DNA of 64,000 nucleotides from Cycas panzhihuaensis (GCA_023213395.1 CM041465.1:134423741-134487740); one strand, 5' to 3'. Numbered from the stretch's first letter, positions 13,747 to 27,698 are shown. Numbers and translations: made by a program. The notes: generated by a model not told the origin, from the sequence alone.

Positions 13747-14004
13747 TATTATAAGTATAATCTTGTAACCATTCAAGATAGAGAAATATGAAGAGAAAAT
13801 AATAGAAAGAAGATAAAGAAGAAGGTAAATTTCTAAAGAACATTTATTAAGATAACATCATATATGTTTTCTTTATAATAGAGTGGGGTATATATAACAC
13901 TAACTCCTATATTATTATAATCCTACCTCTAAGTTAACTAATCCCCTATTTTCTTATCATTAACTTTTACTTAACTTATTCTCACATGGTGGAGGATCAT
14001 AACA
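13747..14004 (-). repeat. 5' LTR of the short LTR element
   Basis: Colinear with 4586-4843; adjacent to the reverse PBS. Confidence 0.85.
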
Positions 14005-17000
14005 TAAGGAGTGTACTGAAGAATAGAAAAAGCTAAACGGTGCTAATAATGGACTTATATTCCCTAAGGACAGAGTGACCTCTCATTTTATGAGTAATAA
14101 ACAAGTGATTGATGTTAGTAGCACCCAAGAAGTTGATGTTATATCCAAAACACATAACCTCCAAGTTATTACTAGGAATGAAGATACTAGAAGGATAGAA
14201 GAGGAAGGAAATGAGGCTAGAGAAGCGAGGGCAACACCACCTAAATTTAGGTGGAATATTCTATCTACCCCAACAAGTGATGGATAATTAAACTATAGAG
14301 ACATATAGAAAAAGGGAAGAAAACCCAATAATAAGATTCACATCATCACAACTAGTAAGGAAGTTGCTTACAGATCCTAGGCCTAGATGATGTAATTTTT
14401 GCATAAGAAACAAACCAACAATAACTAGCATGGCAAGCAAATCAGTGACATCCACTAAAATGAGAATCCCACCACATTTAAAGGTGGGATAAAATCCAAA
14501 AAGGAGCCTCCTTAGATTGGTAAAAAATGATCATAGTCTCTTGGAACTTAAGAGGGTTGGGTTCAAACCTAACTAAACAAACCCTAAAAGGTTACATCAG
14601 GAATTAGCAACCTAATGTTCTCTTTCTTTAAGAAATAAAAAATTTTAAAACTGATGCAAAAAGTTAGTGCCTCAAATAAATTGGTAGTTCATACTCAAGT
14701 ATGAGCATCAATGCAAGGGGCTAGTTTGGTAGATTAATTATATTTTGGAACAATAGAACCTTCAGGTTAGTAGGAACTTCTAGAGGAAGAGATTAGGTTA
14801 GGATCATGATTTAGATAACAACTGATAGTAGAATTATTAATTCAATAATGTTTACAGACCTTCCCACTTCTAGTTAGGTCAAGAGTATTGGGCAAATGTA
14901 TAGCGAGATAGAAGAGATAATAATGTCCAAAATTAGATCATTGGAAGTGATTTGAATATGGTGTTACATTCACACGAGAAGCAAGGAAGACAATTCTACT
15001 TAAGCAAATAGGTTGAAATGGTTCAAAACCTCATGGTTAAGAGAAGTTTAACAAATGTCAAACTTGCAAATGGTATGTTCACATGGTCCAATAAAATATT
15101 GGGAGCCTCACAAATCCTAGAAAGGCTTGACTAGTTTTGATTTCTAAAGCACTTTTGGATGCCATTGAAGTTGAATCCTCAATCCTTCTAAGGACCAGGT
15201 CTAACCACGCTCCCATCCTCTTAAAGATATCAGGCATGCATACTCATTTTAAAAACCCTTCAAATTCAACCCAACATTAATGAACATCAAGAGTTTTTTC
15301 CTTTGCTTAAGAAGTGGTGGGTAGAACCTTAGTATTCAGGTATAAAAATATTTATCTTCCATTCCAAGTTGAAATAAATTAAGAATAATTTAAAGTAATG
15401 GAAGCAGAGAATGATGAACCACTCCAACTTAGAGTACCACCAATAAAGGGAAAATTATCACCCTTAATGAGAAGATTAGAATTAGAGAGGACTCTCCAAA
15501 AATTAAGAGGAGGAAGAAGTTTTTCTTGATAGACTAGAATCCATTGAGGAGGACCAAGATTCCCTTACTAGACTAAGATCTTGAATGTTGTGTGTCAAAC
15601 AAGGGGACATCAACTCCTAATTCTTTCATAAAGTTTTGTTTCTCACTAGATAGAGAATTATATAGTTGGATTGAAGCATGATATGGGCTAAATTACTGTA
15701 ACCCAAGAAGATATTGAGTTTGCACCAAAGAATATTTTGCAACTTTATTTTTAGAAGATCAAATAAATAAAGACTCTGCCCAACTTGAAATGGTCAAGGC
15801 TATCCCCAAAGTGGTTACTAAGAGATGAACTCTAAACTAACCAAAGAAGTGTCCCCGAATGAAGTGAGGAAGGTTGTTTTTACTTTGCAACCTAATAAAT
15901 CTCTTGAGCTAAATGGCCTCTAGGCTAACTTCCATCAGACAACTTGGCAAATCATTAAGGATGACCTTCTCCAAACGGTAGAGGAATCAAGAAAGTCTAG
16001 GCAAATACTTAAAGCCTTAAACTCCACCTTGCTTATTTTCATGCTAAAGGACAAGGGTGCCTCTACTATTGATAGGTTCAAACCCATTTTGTTATGTAAC
16101 TTTTTATACAAAATTATTGTGAAAGTTATGGCCTTTAGACTTCAAGTAATCATGCCATCATTGATCTTAGTCGAATAGGGTGGCAAAGTGAAAGGATGGT
16201 TGATCATTGATCAAGTCATCATTATGCAAGGGGTTATCCATTTAGTGATCTCATCTAAAAGAGGAATGATGATATTCAAGCTTGACTTTATGAATGCATA
16301 TGATAGACTCAACTAGGATTTCCTTATTAAGATTATGGACAAGATGGGGTTTGATAAGATCTAGACTAAGTGGGTCAGAGCATACATTATTACTATCTCT
16401 TTTATAGTCCTCATCAATGGCACTCTAATAGAATTCTTGAGTGTATCTAGAGGAATAAGATAGGGATGTCATTTATCTCCTACCCTCTTTGTGGTTATGG
16501 TTGAGGCCCTTAGTAGGACTCTTATTGAAGAGCATAGGAATAGTTCATTATGTAGGGTAGTAGCAAATTTAAGACTAGACCACATCACCCATTCACATTT
16601 TGTTGTCAATGCTTTGCTATTTAGAGATGTATTTATTGGTGAAGCCAAAATTATCAAGAGAGTTTTAGTTTCTTTCTATCTAGTTATTAGAGCTAAGATC
16701 AATACCAAAAAGTCAAAAGTAATGACCTTTAATTTCTCCTCTAACCTTTCTTAAAAAATAAATTCCCTTCTAGAATTCTAGTTGGTTGAAGGTAAATAAT
16801 CTTTTACCTATCAATGGGTCCCTATTAGTCATAAATGATAAGGAATGGCCCAGTGGAAAGGCATTCTTGATCAATTCAATACTATGTTAAAATCTTGGTC
16901 CTCAAGATGGCTTTATCTAGTAAGCAGAGCAGTCTTGGCTAAGGCAATCTTATGGTCCATTCCTATGTACTTGTTGGCTCTTTGTCATGTGCCTGTCCAT

Positions 17001-18560
17001 ATAATAAACCAATTAGAGAAGAATATTTAAGAATTTATTTGGAAAGGAGCTCATAATCCTAATTACAAGAAGTTCCACCTAGTTAAGGAGGAAGAGGTTT
17101 GTAAACCTAAGGATCTGATCAGCCTAGTGGTAAAGCCTGTGAACAAGGTGGCCCAGCTTCTTAGAGGAAAATTTTTATGGAGGATGTTATTCAAGTTAGC
17201 TTCCCTAGTTGCTAAAATTTTGACATCTAATTACTTGGGGGATTTAGGTCAAGCTATCTTTAATCCAAACTCCAAACTTAGCAAAGTAGTATCCTCAATC
17301 TAGAAGAAGATTTGTGCTAGTCTGGAATTGTTCCAATCTAGAATGTTATGGAAGATCAACAATGGGACAAAGGCCAATATGTAGATGGATCCATTACATG
17401 GGTATCCCCTACTAGATTATAACTCATCCATTAGGGGACTAAACCTCTAGTTCACTTCTTATAAGTTTGATGAGATGTCCAAGTATTTTAAGAAAGAATT
17501 CCCTGAAGATATTTCTTGGGTCATCAAAGAGACTGGCAATTTTTTGGATCTCCCTTATTCTCTCCACTCTTAGCATGAGCAATTCAATTAGTTAATAGCC
17601 AACTATAGAATTAGAATAAGGTATGGTAAGGATGAGATCATATGGAGACCATTCTTTGTGAATGGAGTTTTTTCCATAAATGAAGCATATAGATCAATGT
17701 CCCAACATTTGCCTTCTTCTCCCTTCGTGAATTAGAAACAATTTTAGGGCCTCTTTTTACTCATTAAAATTAACTACTTTGTTTGGCTTATCTTGTATAG
17801 AGCAATTGTAACCTCTAAAAATCTATATAAAAGGGGATTCATGGGGCCCTATAGATGTACACTATGTAATATAAAGTTAGAAAGCACTGATCATTTTTTC
17901 ATGGATTGTCCTTAAGCATCGGTTATATGGAATGAGGGATGGAGGAACTTGAATATCTCCCCAGTTTAGTTCTTAGATATCTAGACCATGGACCTTTTTA
18001 GCCCTAGTTAGGCTAGCAAATATCATTTTAAAGGGTGTTTTGCACTTCAAAAGATATGGTCTCTTCTTCCTTGAGTAACTTCTTGGTGTATTTAGCTAGC
18101 TTGGAATGAATCTATTTTCTCTAAGAAGAAGAGATCTATCAGTATATATTGGCAACACTCAATTAGAATTATAAGAGAAGTTGTTGTTATCCAGAACCTA
18201 TTAGTTGAAAAGACAAAGGTGTTGACTATTGAAAAGTGCACAGTGGTAAAACTTCTACATATTAATGAGGTAATAGAGGGGGGAAGAAAATAAGAAGAAC
18301 AATCCTCAGTTAATTTAGAAAAGTAATCATCATCACCTTTTCTTTGATGGTGCATCTAAAAACAATCCAGGTTGTATGATCTAGGGGTGTCATATATATA
18401 ATGATAAGGGGAAAGTGTTGATTAAGTATACAGAGGGAGTTGGATGGACTACTAATAATAAAGTAGAATTTATAGCATTGGTCAAAGGTTTAGCCATTAC
18501 TTCCAAAGCCAACTTAAAGTAGTTGATAATCATGGATAACTCTAAGGTGATTACTTGGCT
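14005..18560 (+). mobile_element. L1-clade LINE #2 (older, heavily decayed, 3'-truncated)
   Basis: ORF2 starts at 14527 (MIIVSWNLRG). It includes the EN TWSN/ERLD motifs, RT (KLDFMNAYDRLN; RGIR*GCHLSP), a zf-RVT-like region and RNase H (FFDGASKNNPG at ~18340). No poly(A) tail is seen; boundaries approximate. Confidence 0.85.
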
Positions 18561-18569
18561 AGCTCCACC

Positions 18570-20008
18570 TTGACCTTTTCTTTATATTTTGGATTCATCC
18601 TATAAAGGGCATTGTCTAATAGGTTTAGCACCTCCTATCAACTCAATCCTATATTCTCCTAATTCAAGAGAAATTCCCTTAAGGCCCTTATAAGACCAAG
18701 TAAAAATATCTTTGTATTCTGTTGGTCCCAATAGTCACCCATGGTGATATATTTGGTTTGTTCCTCAATGTTAATATTGATTTTCTTTAATTTTAGTTCT
18801 TTTCCCTAAACTATTTCCCCATCTGCATGTAGCTCATATGTTAGGGATTGATCCATTTGCCTCTCTCTATATTATATTGCATAATAGGATAGAGGAAAAA
18901 ATTTTGATTCCTCTTAGTTATCCTTGTCTAATAAGGGCTCGGATTCTTATCTCTATACATTTGCATCAAAAGTTTCTATCTAAAACATTTTACTATAGGA
19001 GTTGTTCTTTCTTTTATAGCAAAGAGGACCAATCATATCTTAACATTTGGGCTATAGTAAGAAAAAGTATTAGCAAAATCTTTATTAACATATTCCATTC
19101 TACCCTCTATGATTTTTTATAGTTCCGATACTAGGTTTGAATGATGTCTATAAGCGTAACGACCCATTGATGAGTCCATTTCTATTTTAGTATATTTTTA
19201 GCTTTCCATGTTTTAATATAATTTTGAATATGATCTTCTAGATTTTCTCAATTATGTAATAAAGGTAATTTATTATCCTACTCTTGAAATCTAATTTTAA
19301 ATTATTTTTTTATCATATTCTAGTTCTACAAGTGTGTATTATGTGTAAGATACCAAGTAAACTCTTGTCTTGACAAAGATAAGGGAATGATACACATCAA
19401 AAGATCTTCTTACCATTGATTTTTTAAAATGTTCATATATTATTCCAAATGAGTATTGGCAACACCTTTCTTTCCCCAAAATTAAGGTAAATTTTCCAAG
19501 ACCTTTATAAACAACTTGGAGTTACCTTTGGTTACTTGCAATTGAACTTCATTTTGTCTTGATGCTTTTCCATCTCCTTTGTTTAGTAACACAGCTTCCT
19601 TGAACAAGTTGGCTACGCTAACTTTAAATCCCTTTGTTTGACAAATATCTTTTATGCCAAAGTTTGCTTCTCACTTATTCGAGGATGAATCTGGGTATAT
19701 CTCCGAGTGATAACAATTTATTGGCTCTATTTCTTCCTATGCATTCTATAACCAATTCAACATATACATGGAAGATTCTACTATAGTTGATAAGGCTTTA
19801 TCTATGTCTTGAATCCTTTTAATTTATAGTTTGTATGTGCACAAGGGTAGAGTCATCTACTTCCTTATTGATAATAGTATGAATGTATACTTACCCCAAT
19901 CTTGAATAGATTTAATAACTAGTAACCATGGCCTTCCCAATAATGTTGGATGTATTTTCTTATGGTTTTGCATCCTGACCACAATAAATCCAATCGTACT
20001 ATGATTCC
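18570..20008 (-). mobile_element. Old Gypsy relic, distal part (PR end to RT start), interrupted by element A
   Basis: Minus strand reads PTLLGRPW (~19925-19950) and GAKPIRQ (~18610-18635). It joins 30651+ across the ATTCC TSD. Confidence 0.75.
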
Positions 20009-20847
20009 TATTGGAGTCTAAAATGATCCTATGGCTGTGAGAAGACCAGAGGTAGGTTAGGTAACCTGAGTTGTGCAGGTACAGACCGTACGAAGGTACG
20101 CATGAGGCAAAATGGCAGAGAAATTGGCATTCTAGGTATGTATGACAGGTGCGTACCTAGAACGGGTACGTATGATAGATACATACCAACGACATAACAG
20201 AACCGAGCGGAAGCGGTATGCATGACTCAAAGGGACCAGTGAAGACCTGTTAAGCTACCAGACATACGGACGGACGTACGAATACAAAGGATAATTAATT
20301 AAGTACCTAAACAAGTGATTAATGGAAAAGGTACGTATGACTGAAAGGGTACGGTTATGACAGGAAGTTATAACCCTTCAGCCAAAAGGTACCAACATGA
20401 GTACTTAAGGAGGTATGCATGAACCACCAGGTTAGGTGAGAGTCGATTATCATGGGTACGCAAAGGTGCGGAAGCCAGCACATATGTCAACCAATTGGAG
20501 TAGCACTGTATGATAAGTACCATATGGGTATGCATATGTAACAGAAGGAATGTATGCTGTCGGAATGCTCAGGAATGCATTCCAGCCTCTATGTAATTGA
20601 CTTGATTGCTTAATAAAAGGAAGAGTTACGTGGAAAGTGGTGTATTCTTTGTGTTGTGATGATGAATTACTGAGTATGTATTGATTTCTGTACTACTGTG
20701 TACCATTGTGGTGTAATTCTATGAAATATATGTGGAATGTATGTGAATGACCATGTTGTGATATCTGAACTAGACTATAGCACTGTGTAACCTTGACAAG
20801 TGAAATAGGTATCTTATAAGTGTAATAAGATCCCCCAGCAGTCAACA
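20009..20847 (+). repeat. Element A 5' LTR
   Basis: TATTGGAG...GTCAACA; highly similar to 29839-30650. Confidence 0.95.
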
Positions 20848-20848
20848 T

Positions 20849-20861
20849 TGGTTCTGTTGCC
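20849..20861 (+). promoter_or_regulatory. Primer-binding site, tRNA-Glu type (element A)
   Basis: TGGTTCTGTTGCC; one C>T from TGGTTCCGTTGCC, the complement of the plant tRNA-Glu 3' end (GGCAACGGAACCA, recalled rather than searched). Confidence 0.75.
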
Positions 20862-20987
20862 TACATCCGTTGAGGAGGGATAGGGCCTAGGGGTTTCAAA
20901 GAAAAGAATGTGTAAAGGGCAGAGGACCTTGGCTACCATCGTGATGGCGGGCTGTAACTATGCCACCGGCAGCCAGGGGACCTTCCA

Positions 20988-23900
20988 ATGCCACCTAAGA
21001 GGCCTTCAAGGTCAGAGAAGCCCAAGAAGGATACTTCACCCAAGGAAAAGGAGACCAGCAGACAAAGGGCACTAAGATGGTCGAAGGAAGCAAAACTCAG
21101 AAGGGTGAGGAGATTAAGTTCGCAAAATAATGAGACTAAGGGACAGTCCGTTGAAGGATCTGAGGCAAGTGGAGCCCAGACACCTCAAGAAGAGGAAACT
21201 AATGGCGAACGCATGGTATTAACACCAGCCCCAATCAGAGATGATTTGTTTAGCTTGGAGATTGAAGGGAAACCAAAAGTTGATGATAAACATCAAGAAA
21301 CCTTAAAAGAGGGAAGTATACTAGTGGAGGACAGCCCGAAGGACCCAAGTGATAGTGAAAAGAAGGTGGAGGAAGGTTCCTCGGTATATTGGGAGAATAA
21401 GCTAACAAGACAGCTTTTCGAAGATTCGACAGAAAGGGGATCTGATCAATCGTATATTACAGTGACACCATTGACTATACAAGTTCCAGGTGTAGTGGAA
21501 CTCATACACATCAAAACTCCATTCAAGAATCTGCTATTTGGGAAAGATAATACAGCGGTAGGCACTCCTAATGCATCCTCGAAGGAGGGGAGAAAGGAAA
21601 AATCACCACCAAGTGGGGGACAGTTGCAATCTCCCAAAATGGATGACTATAGGGACTTTGGGAAACTGATTTTTAATGATACTTCAGACACAGCAGAGCA
21701 TGTGTATCTATTTTAGAATCTTATTGATGTAAAAAAGATTATAAACGAAGATGAAATCAAAGCACGATTCGCCTGTACATTGAGAGGAGTACCCTTGGCA
21801 TGGTACAAGGAAACAAATAAGAATGAGCCATGGGCAAAGCTTAAGAAAGCATTCGAAGAAAGATTTCAAAAATTTCGCAGTAATGAAGTAGTGGAAATCA
21901 CATTAAGAGAAATTAGACAAAGGCCAGAAGAATCTATCCTAACCTACATTAGCAGAATGAAAATCATTATGGCCAGCATGATTAATGAGACGATAACAGA
22001 TCACAATATGAAAAACTACTTTGTAAGAGGGTTGAATAAGAAATTGCGAGCCATGATGCATGCTCATCCACTGAAATCGTTTAAGAATACTTAAGATCTA
22101 GTGTTAGATTTTAAAATGGAGATGGATGCATAGGCAGGAGGACAAGACTCCCTACTACTAAGATTACAAGACGAGATTAGAGAACTGAAGCAAAATCAGT
22201 ACAACTGACCCTTCTGCCAGGTAGGAGTAGCAGAAGAGGAATCGGAGTTGGAAGCATTAAGAAAAGAGGTGGCCAAATTGAAAATTAGAAATAACTGAGA
22301 AGAAGAGGAAACACCGAAAAGGAAGGACCATGTTGGAAGAGTAACCAAATGGTGCCACATTTGTGAAGAAAATTCACATACCACCAAGGAATGTATGTGA
22401 CTTGAATTTAAAAAATAGTGTGTTACACCAACAAGAGAGATGATGCCATATATGCGATGTTGATACGTATACAACTAAGGATTATTTCTACAATCCCAGG
22501 GGAAAAGCCTTCAAAGGACGAGGTAGGGGAAGGGGAGGCAACCCACCTCGAAATATTTATACAACAAGGGACGCACCAGAACCTTCAAGGAAAAAACCGC
22601 CAATGGGTAGATGCCTCATTTGTCTACAGTTTGGGCACTGGAAGTCAGAATGCCCAACGAAGTAGGAATATGAACAAAAGTTGTTCGTATGTAGTAACTA
22701 TGGCCTAAGTGACCACAAAACAGAAGATTGCAAAGGCAAAGCCAAAGTCACCAACCTAATGACAATCATACCAGAAACAAAAAATGTCAAACTACAAAAT
22801 AAACAAAAGGAGAAACTGGATGAAGGATATCCGGATCTACCGACAGAAATGGATCGATACAGAAAGGAAAAACAAGTATTAGATGGCCTAGTCCAGGAAG
22901 AGAATGCATTACCAATGGGTAAACCATAAACCAAACACATCTATGTATGGAAGAACAAACAAAAGGAATAAGAAAATCTACTAGAAAAACCTAAGGTGCA
23001 GCCACAAATGATACAAATGGAGGAACTTTTTAAAGGATTGCCAGTAGAGGATATTCCCAGAATGTTGTTATTAATAGAAATTTTGGTAAAGCAACTACAG
23101 TTGACCATTCCTCTATGCCAAGTTATCGATTAGATCAAAGGAGGAGTGTTACAGCGTGGAATCACCAAGAGTTTGAAATAAATCATACCATCATTTGATA
23201 TGGATCCAATGGTAACCATGACAGTCTTGGGAGAAACATTCCCACGGGTAATCGTTGATGGAGGCGCAGTAGTAAATGTGTTACTAGCCTCGACATGGCA
23301 TAAATTGGGAAGCTCGAAGTTGGAAGCGGCAACATATTCGTTGAAATTGGCTAATGAACTATTGGTACGACCTATGGGGAGACTGGCCGACATCAAAGTA
23401 GATGTGGCAGGGATAGTGGTGAGGGTTGACTTCACAATCGTGGAGATGGAGAAAGGAGCAACACCCTATCCAGCACTATTGGGGAGGCCATGGTTGTATA
23501 AAATGCAATGCCTCTAAAATTGGAAGAACGTAACCTTCACCTTAACAGACAACGGAAATAAAGTAATATTGTCGATACTGGGAAGAAGCTTGATCGAAAT
23601 GATTCCAGATGAGGGATCCAGCACAATGGTTACGAGCGACACAACATTCTCTTAAATTGGGGAAGAACATCTCTATCACACGGTGTAAGAGCCCACCATA
23701 TCAACCAATAACCAGCAAGAAGAACCGACTTATTTCGGGGAGATATATAACTCTTTAGACGACGAACACGGAATGAGGTTCGTGGATTACTGGCTACAAG
23801 ATGCGTATGAAGTAAACTCTTCTTCTTATAGATGTAATTTGTTATCTAAATGTGTATCTATAGACATTGATAATAATTCAGATTCTTTTAAGTATATGCT

Positions 23901-26900
23901 GACTAACGATAGTTTGAAGAATGACAATAACCTAGACCAACAAACCCTTAGTTTACCTAATAATTTTTGTAGTTTTTTTGTAGTTAATAGTAATCCTGAC
24001 ATCCCATCTACTTTAGGCGTGGGTCTTGAGGTGGATTCCTTACCCTCCCCCCCCCCTTATTACAACCTGAGGAAGAAAGTAATATTCCTTCCTCCTCTTC
24101 CTTAGAGGTACACCCACCCAGCCACAGATCTCTTCCAACCATTGGTACCAAAACTGGGGAAATGGAAGGAGTATCGCTAGTAAGTACTTCTAGCAATTCT
24201 GGTCTAGATAGTAAAGTCATCATCCCAGAGGAAATAAACCACCAAATCTACATTGGGAACTGTGTTAAACCATTCTATGAGGAGTAACTATATGGGACTA
24301 CCCATTTAACGCATTGTGTTGAGTATTGGATGGAACATGGGAATTGGGATAAAACCTAATGGCAGTAGGACTTAGTACTAACCTTACCGGGAAAAGCTTG
24401 GTACTGGTACCCATCCCACCGAGCCACTCTTAGGAATTGGAAAGATTTACAAATGATGTTTCAAATACAGTCTGATCATCCAACCCAACTAACCATTCCA
24501 GTATTCTATGTAGGTCACAATCCTAGGGAACATATACAGAAATATAAACAAAAATGGAGATCTTTAAGCATACCTAAACCAAATTGGCTCAACTATTTCT
24601 ACCACACTTTGGGAAGAGTAGCGAAGGACTGGTTCCTTGGGAAGGAACAAAATTTAGATGTGACTTAGGGAAACTTAAAGAAATCCTTCATAAAAACCTT
24701 TAGGCATACTTCAGATAACAAAGAAATAGACAAAATCCTAAAACATATTAGAGTAATGAGTATAAAATTAGAACAACACCTAACAAACCAAGAAGAGATA
24801 GAGTCTACACATAGTGAAGAAGAAGAAGTTATGAACTATCCTGCAGAATTTACAGAATTCAATGTTAGAAAAAGAAAGCTAGCAGATACTCCGGGACACA
24901 AAACTGGAAATACAGAAGATGTGGGTGTAACAAAGTTAAAAACTACAGAGATTAATGTTGGTAATCAGGAAAATCCTAGATTCATTCGAATCAGAAACTA
25001 TTGGGATCCTCAGACATTAGCAGAAGCCCAATAGTTATTCGAAGAATTCCGTAATATATTCATATGGTCGTATAAGGACTTGAAAGACATTCCTCTCGAG
25101 ATAGGAATGCATCACATCGATTTAGTGGAGGATGCAAACCGGTAAAATAGAGACCATACCGGATGAATCTAAAATACAAAGAGAAAGTGAAAGCTAAACT
25201 TGACAAAATGTTGAAAGCGGGTTATATCTACAAGATCGACTACAGTGACTGGGTGAGCCCTGTAGTAGTGGTTCCCAAGAAAAATGGGAAAATTCGCATC
25301 TGTGTGGACTACAGACAGTTGAATAAGGTAACAAAGAAGGATCCATTCCCGTTACCTTTTACAGAGGATATTTTAGAAGCAGTGGGAGGAAATGAGATTT
25401 ACTCCTTCACAGACGGATTCAGTGGGTACAATCAAGTGTAGATTACCCTAGAAGATCAGGCAAAAACCACATTTGTAACAGAATGGGGAATATACGCCTA
25501 CAAAGTGATGCCATTCGGTCTCACGAATGCACCAGCTACATTCCAACAGATTGTAATTAATATCTTTTAGAAGTTTATTGGAGAAAAAGTTGCTATATTC
25601 TTAGACGACTGGATGTTGTATGGACTGATGAAAAATCATATGGAGAATCTGAGGGAAATGTTGCAAACGTGTCAGGAAAACAAGTTGTGTCTCAATCCAG
25701 AAAAGTGTACCTTCCTGGTACCCTTTGGGAACTCATTAGGACATATAGTCAGCAAGGAAGGATTGATGATAGATCCAGCAAAAGTGTTTACCATTTTGCA
25801 CTTCCCCATGCCACTTACGAGAAAGTAACTGAAAGGTTTTTTGGGATTAATAGGGTACTATAGAAAGTTTATTAGGGGGTATGCATATATATCTGGACCC
25901 CTGGAAGAGTTGTTGAAAAAGAATATTGAATGGACATGGACAGAAGAACAGCAACGAGTGTTCGAAACATTGAAACAAGCCATTGTAGCAGCACCTATAA
26001 TGTGATTCCCAGATTAGAAGAAGACTTTTCACGTGCATGTGGATGCGTCACAATACGCCATTGGATGTGTATTGGCACAGCCCACCGATGACAAAACAGA
26101 TCATCCAATCTACTTCGCCAGTCGAAAACTCATAAGAGTTTAGCAGAATTATACAACGATAGAGAGGGAAGCTCTCGGCATGGTTTACGCGTTACAAAAG
26201 TTTCGACACTATTTATTATTAAATCCATTCTTGTTTTTCGTTGATCACCAAGCATTGATGTATTTGATAAATAAATTGATTATGCGAGGACGAATCAGTA
26301 GGTGGTTGATGTTGTTTCAAGAGTTTTCTTTCAAAATTATTGTGAAGCCCAGTAAAGCCCATATCATTCTCGATCAGTTGTCAAGAATCAAAAATAGAGA
26401 AAAAGCCAGGGGTGCAAGACGATTTTCTAGATGCAGCTCTATTCAGTGTGGAAGTGGTTCCAACGGACTGGTATGAGGGAATACTAGAATATCTAGCGAT
26501 CGGAGAGGTATCAGCTAAATTGGATCGTACGGGGAAAAGAAATTTTATCAGAAAAGTGGAGCCTTATCAACTCATTAATAGAGAGTTATACAAATTGGGG
26601 CCAGACGACATGTTACGACGTTCTGTTCGAAAGCATGAGATAAACCAGATCATGTCGCAGGTGGCCACATGGGGAAATTGGCCACATGGCAAAAGATTTT
26701 GACGTTTGGGTTCTAGTGGCCATCTATGTTTGAGGATATCAAAAAGTGGATTCATGTGTGCAACTATTGCCAGCGGGTGGAGAAACCTAATCGACAGGAT
26801 TTCCAACCGTTACATCCCATATTACCTTTGGCACTGTTCGAGAAATGGGGGCTCGACTTCGTGGGGCCAATCAAACCAGCCACGCATAGATCGAAATCTC

Positions 26901-27698
26901 AATACATCTTGGTGGCAACTGACTACATGACAAAGTAGGTAGAAGCGCAGTCATTACGGAAAGCCCATGCGGAAAGCACAGCAAGATTTCTATATGAGGT
27001 AGTGATTATACGATTTGGATGCCCCTTGGAGATCGTAAGTGACCAAGGCACCCACTTCCTAAATCAAACTATTGAAACACTGACATCAGCATTTATGATT
27101 AGCCATCGAAATCTACTCCATACTACCCGAGAGCCAATGGTCAAGCAGAGAGCTCAAACAAGATAATCGAGAATTACTTGCGGAAGATATGTGACATCGG
27201 CAGATCTGATTGGGCCAAGAAGTTACCATCTGTGCTATGGACATTTTGAACGATATACAAGAGGTCAATCAGACAAACTCTATTCCAACTTGTGTATGGC
27301 ACAGAAGCCATCCTCCCAACAGAATTTGAGATACCTAGTCTACAAGTTGCGATACAATGTCGATTAGACGATCTCCAGTCTTTGGAACGACGATTGGAAG
27401 ACTTAGTGCGACTGGAAGAGAAACGACACCTGGCAAACTAGTTGCAACATATGGAGAAGAGGTGGCAAAAAGCAGGGCACGATCATCATCTACGGAAACT
27501 TCAATTCAATGAAAGTGATCAAGTGTTGCTGTACGACAGTAAAATTAAAACACACCCCGGTAAACTCAAGATGCGGTGGTTGGGACCATACATCGCAAAA
27601 CGAATCTTGAGAATGGATTGATGCAGCTTCGAGAGATCGACGGACCTCTGCTACCAACTCGGGTAAATGGTAGCAGACTCAAGCCATATATAGAGTAG
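20988..27698 (+). pseudogene. Element A gag-pol polyprotein (stops and frameshifts)
   Basis: Charged N-terminal extension; gag (TLRGVPLAWY...KKAFEERF); zinc knuckles; PR (IVDGGA, LLGRPWL); RT (WVSPVVVVPKK, CVDYRQLN, TDGFSGYNQ, FLDD); RH (HVDAS, VDHQAL); INT ([15 protein letters not shown]). Confidence 0.93.

Larger units (their letters stand above)
4586..14004 (-). mobile_element. Short non-autonomous LTR element (TRIM-like, ~2.1 kb without the nested Copia)
   Basis: 258-bp direct repeats at 4586-4843 (TGTTA...TGACA) and 13747-14004 (TATTA...TAACA). Reverse tRNA-iMet PBS GCTTTGATACTA at 13733-13744 sets the minus orientation. TSD is degenerate (TGACG/TAAGG). Confidence 0.8.

Noticed and set aside
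23830-24105. Ogre-like intron or programmed frameshift between PR and RT (pyrimidine tract + TAG at 24105; C-run)
   Set aside because: The downstream frame is -1 in A but +1 in B, which fits independent slippage in the C-run. The obvious donor at 23834 would create a stop, and the pyrimidine tract also reads as conserved PSSSSL codons.
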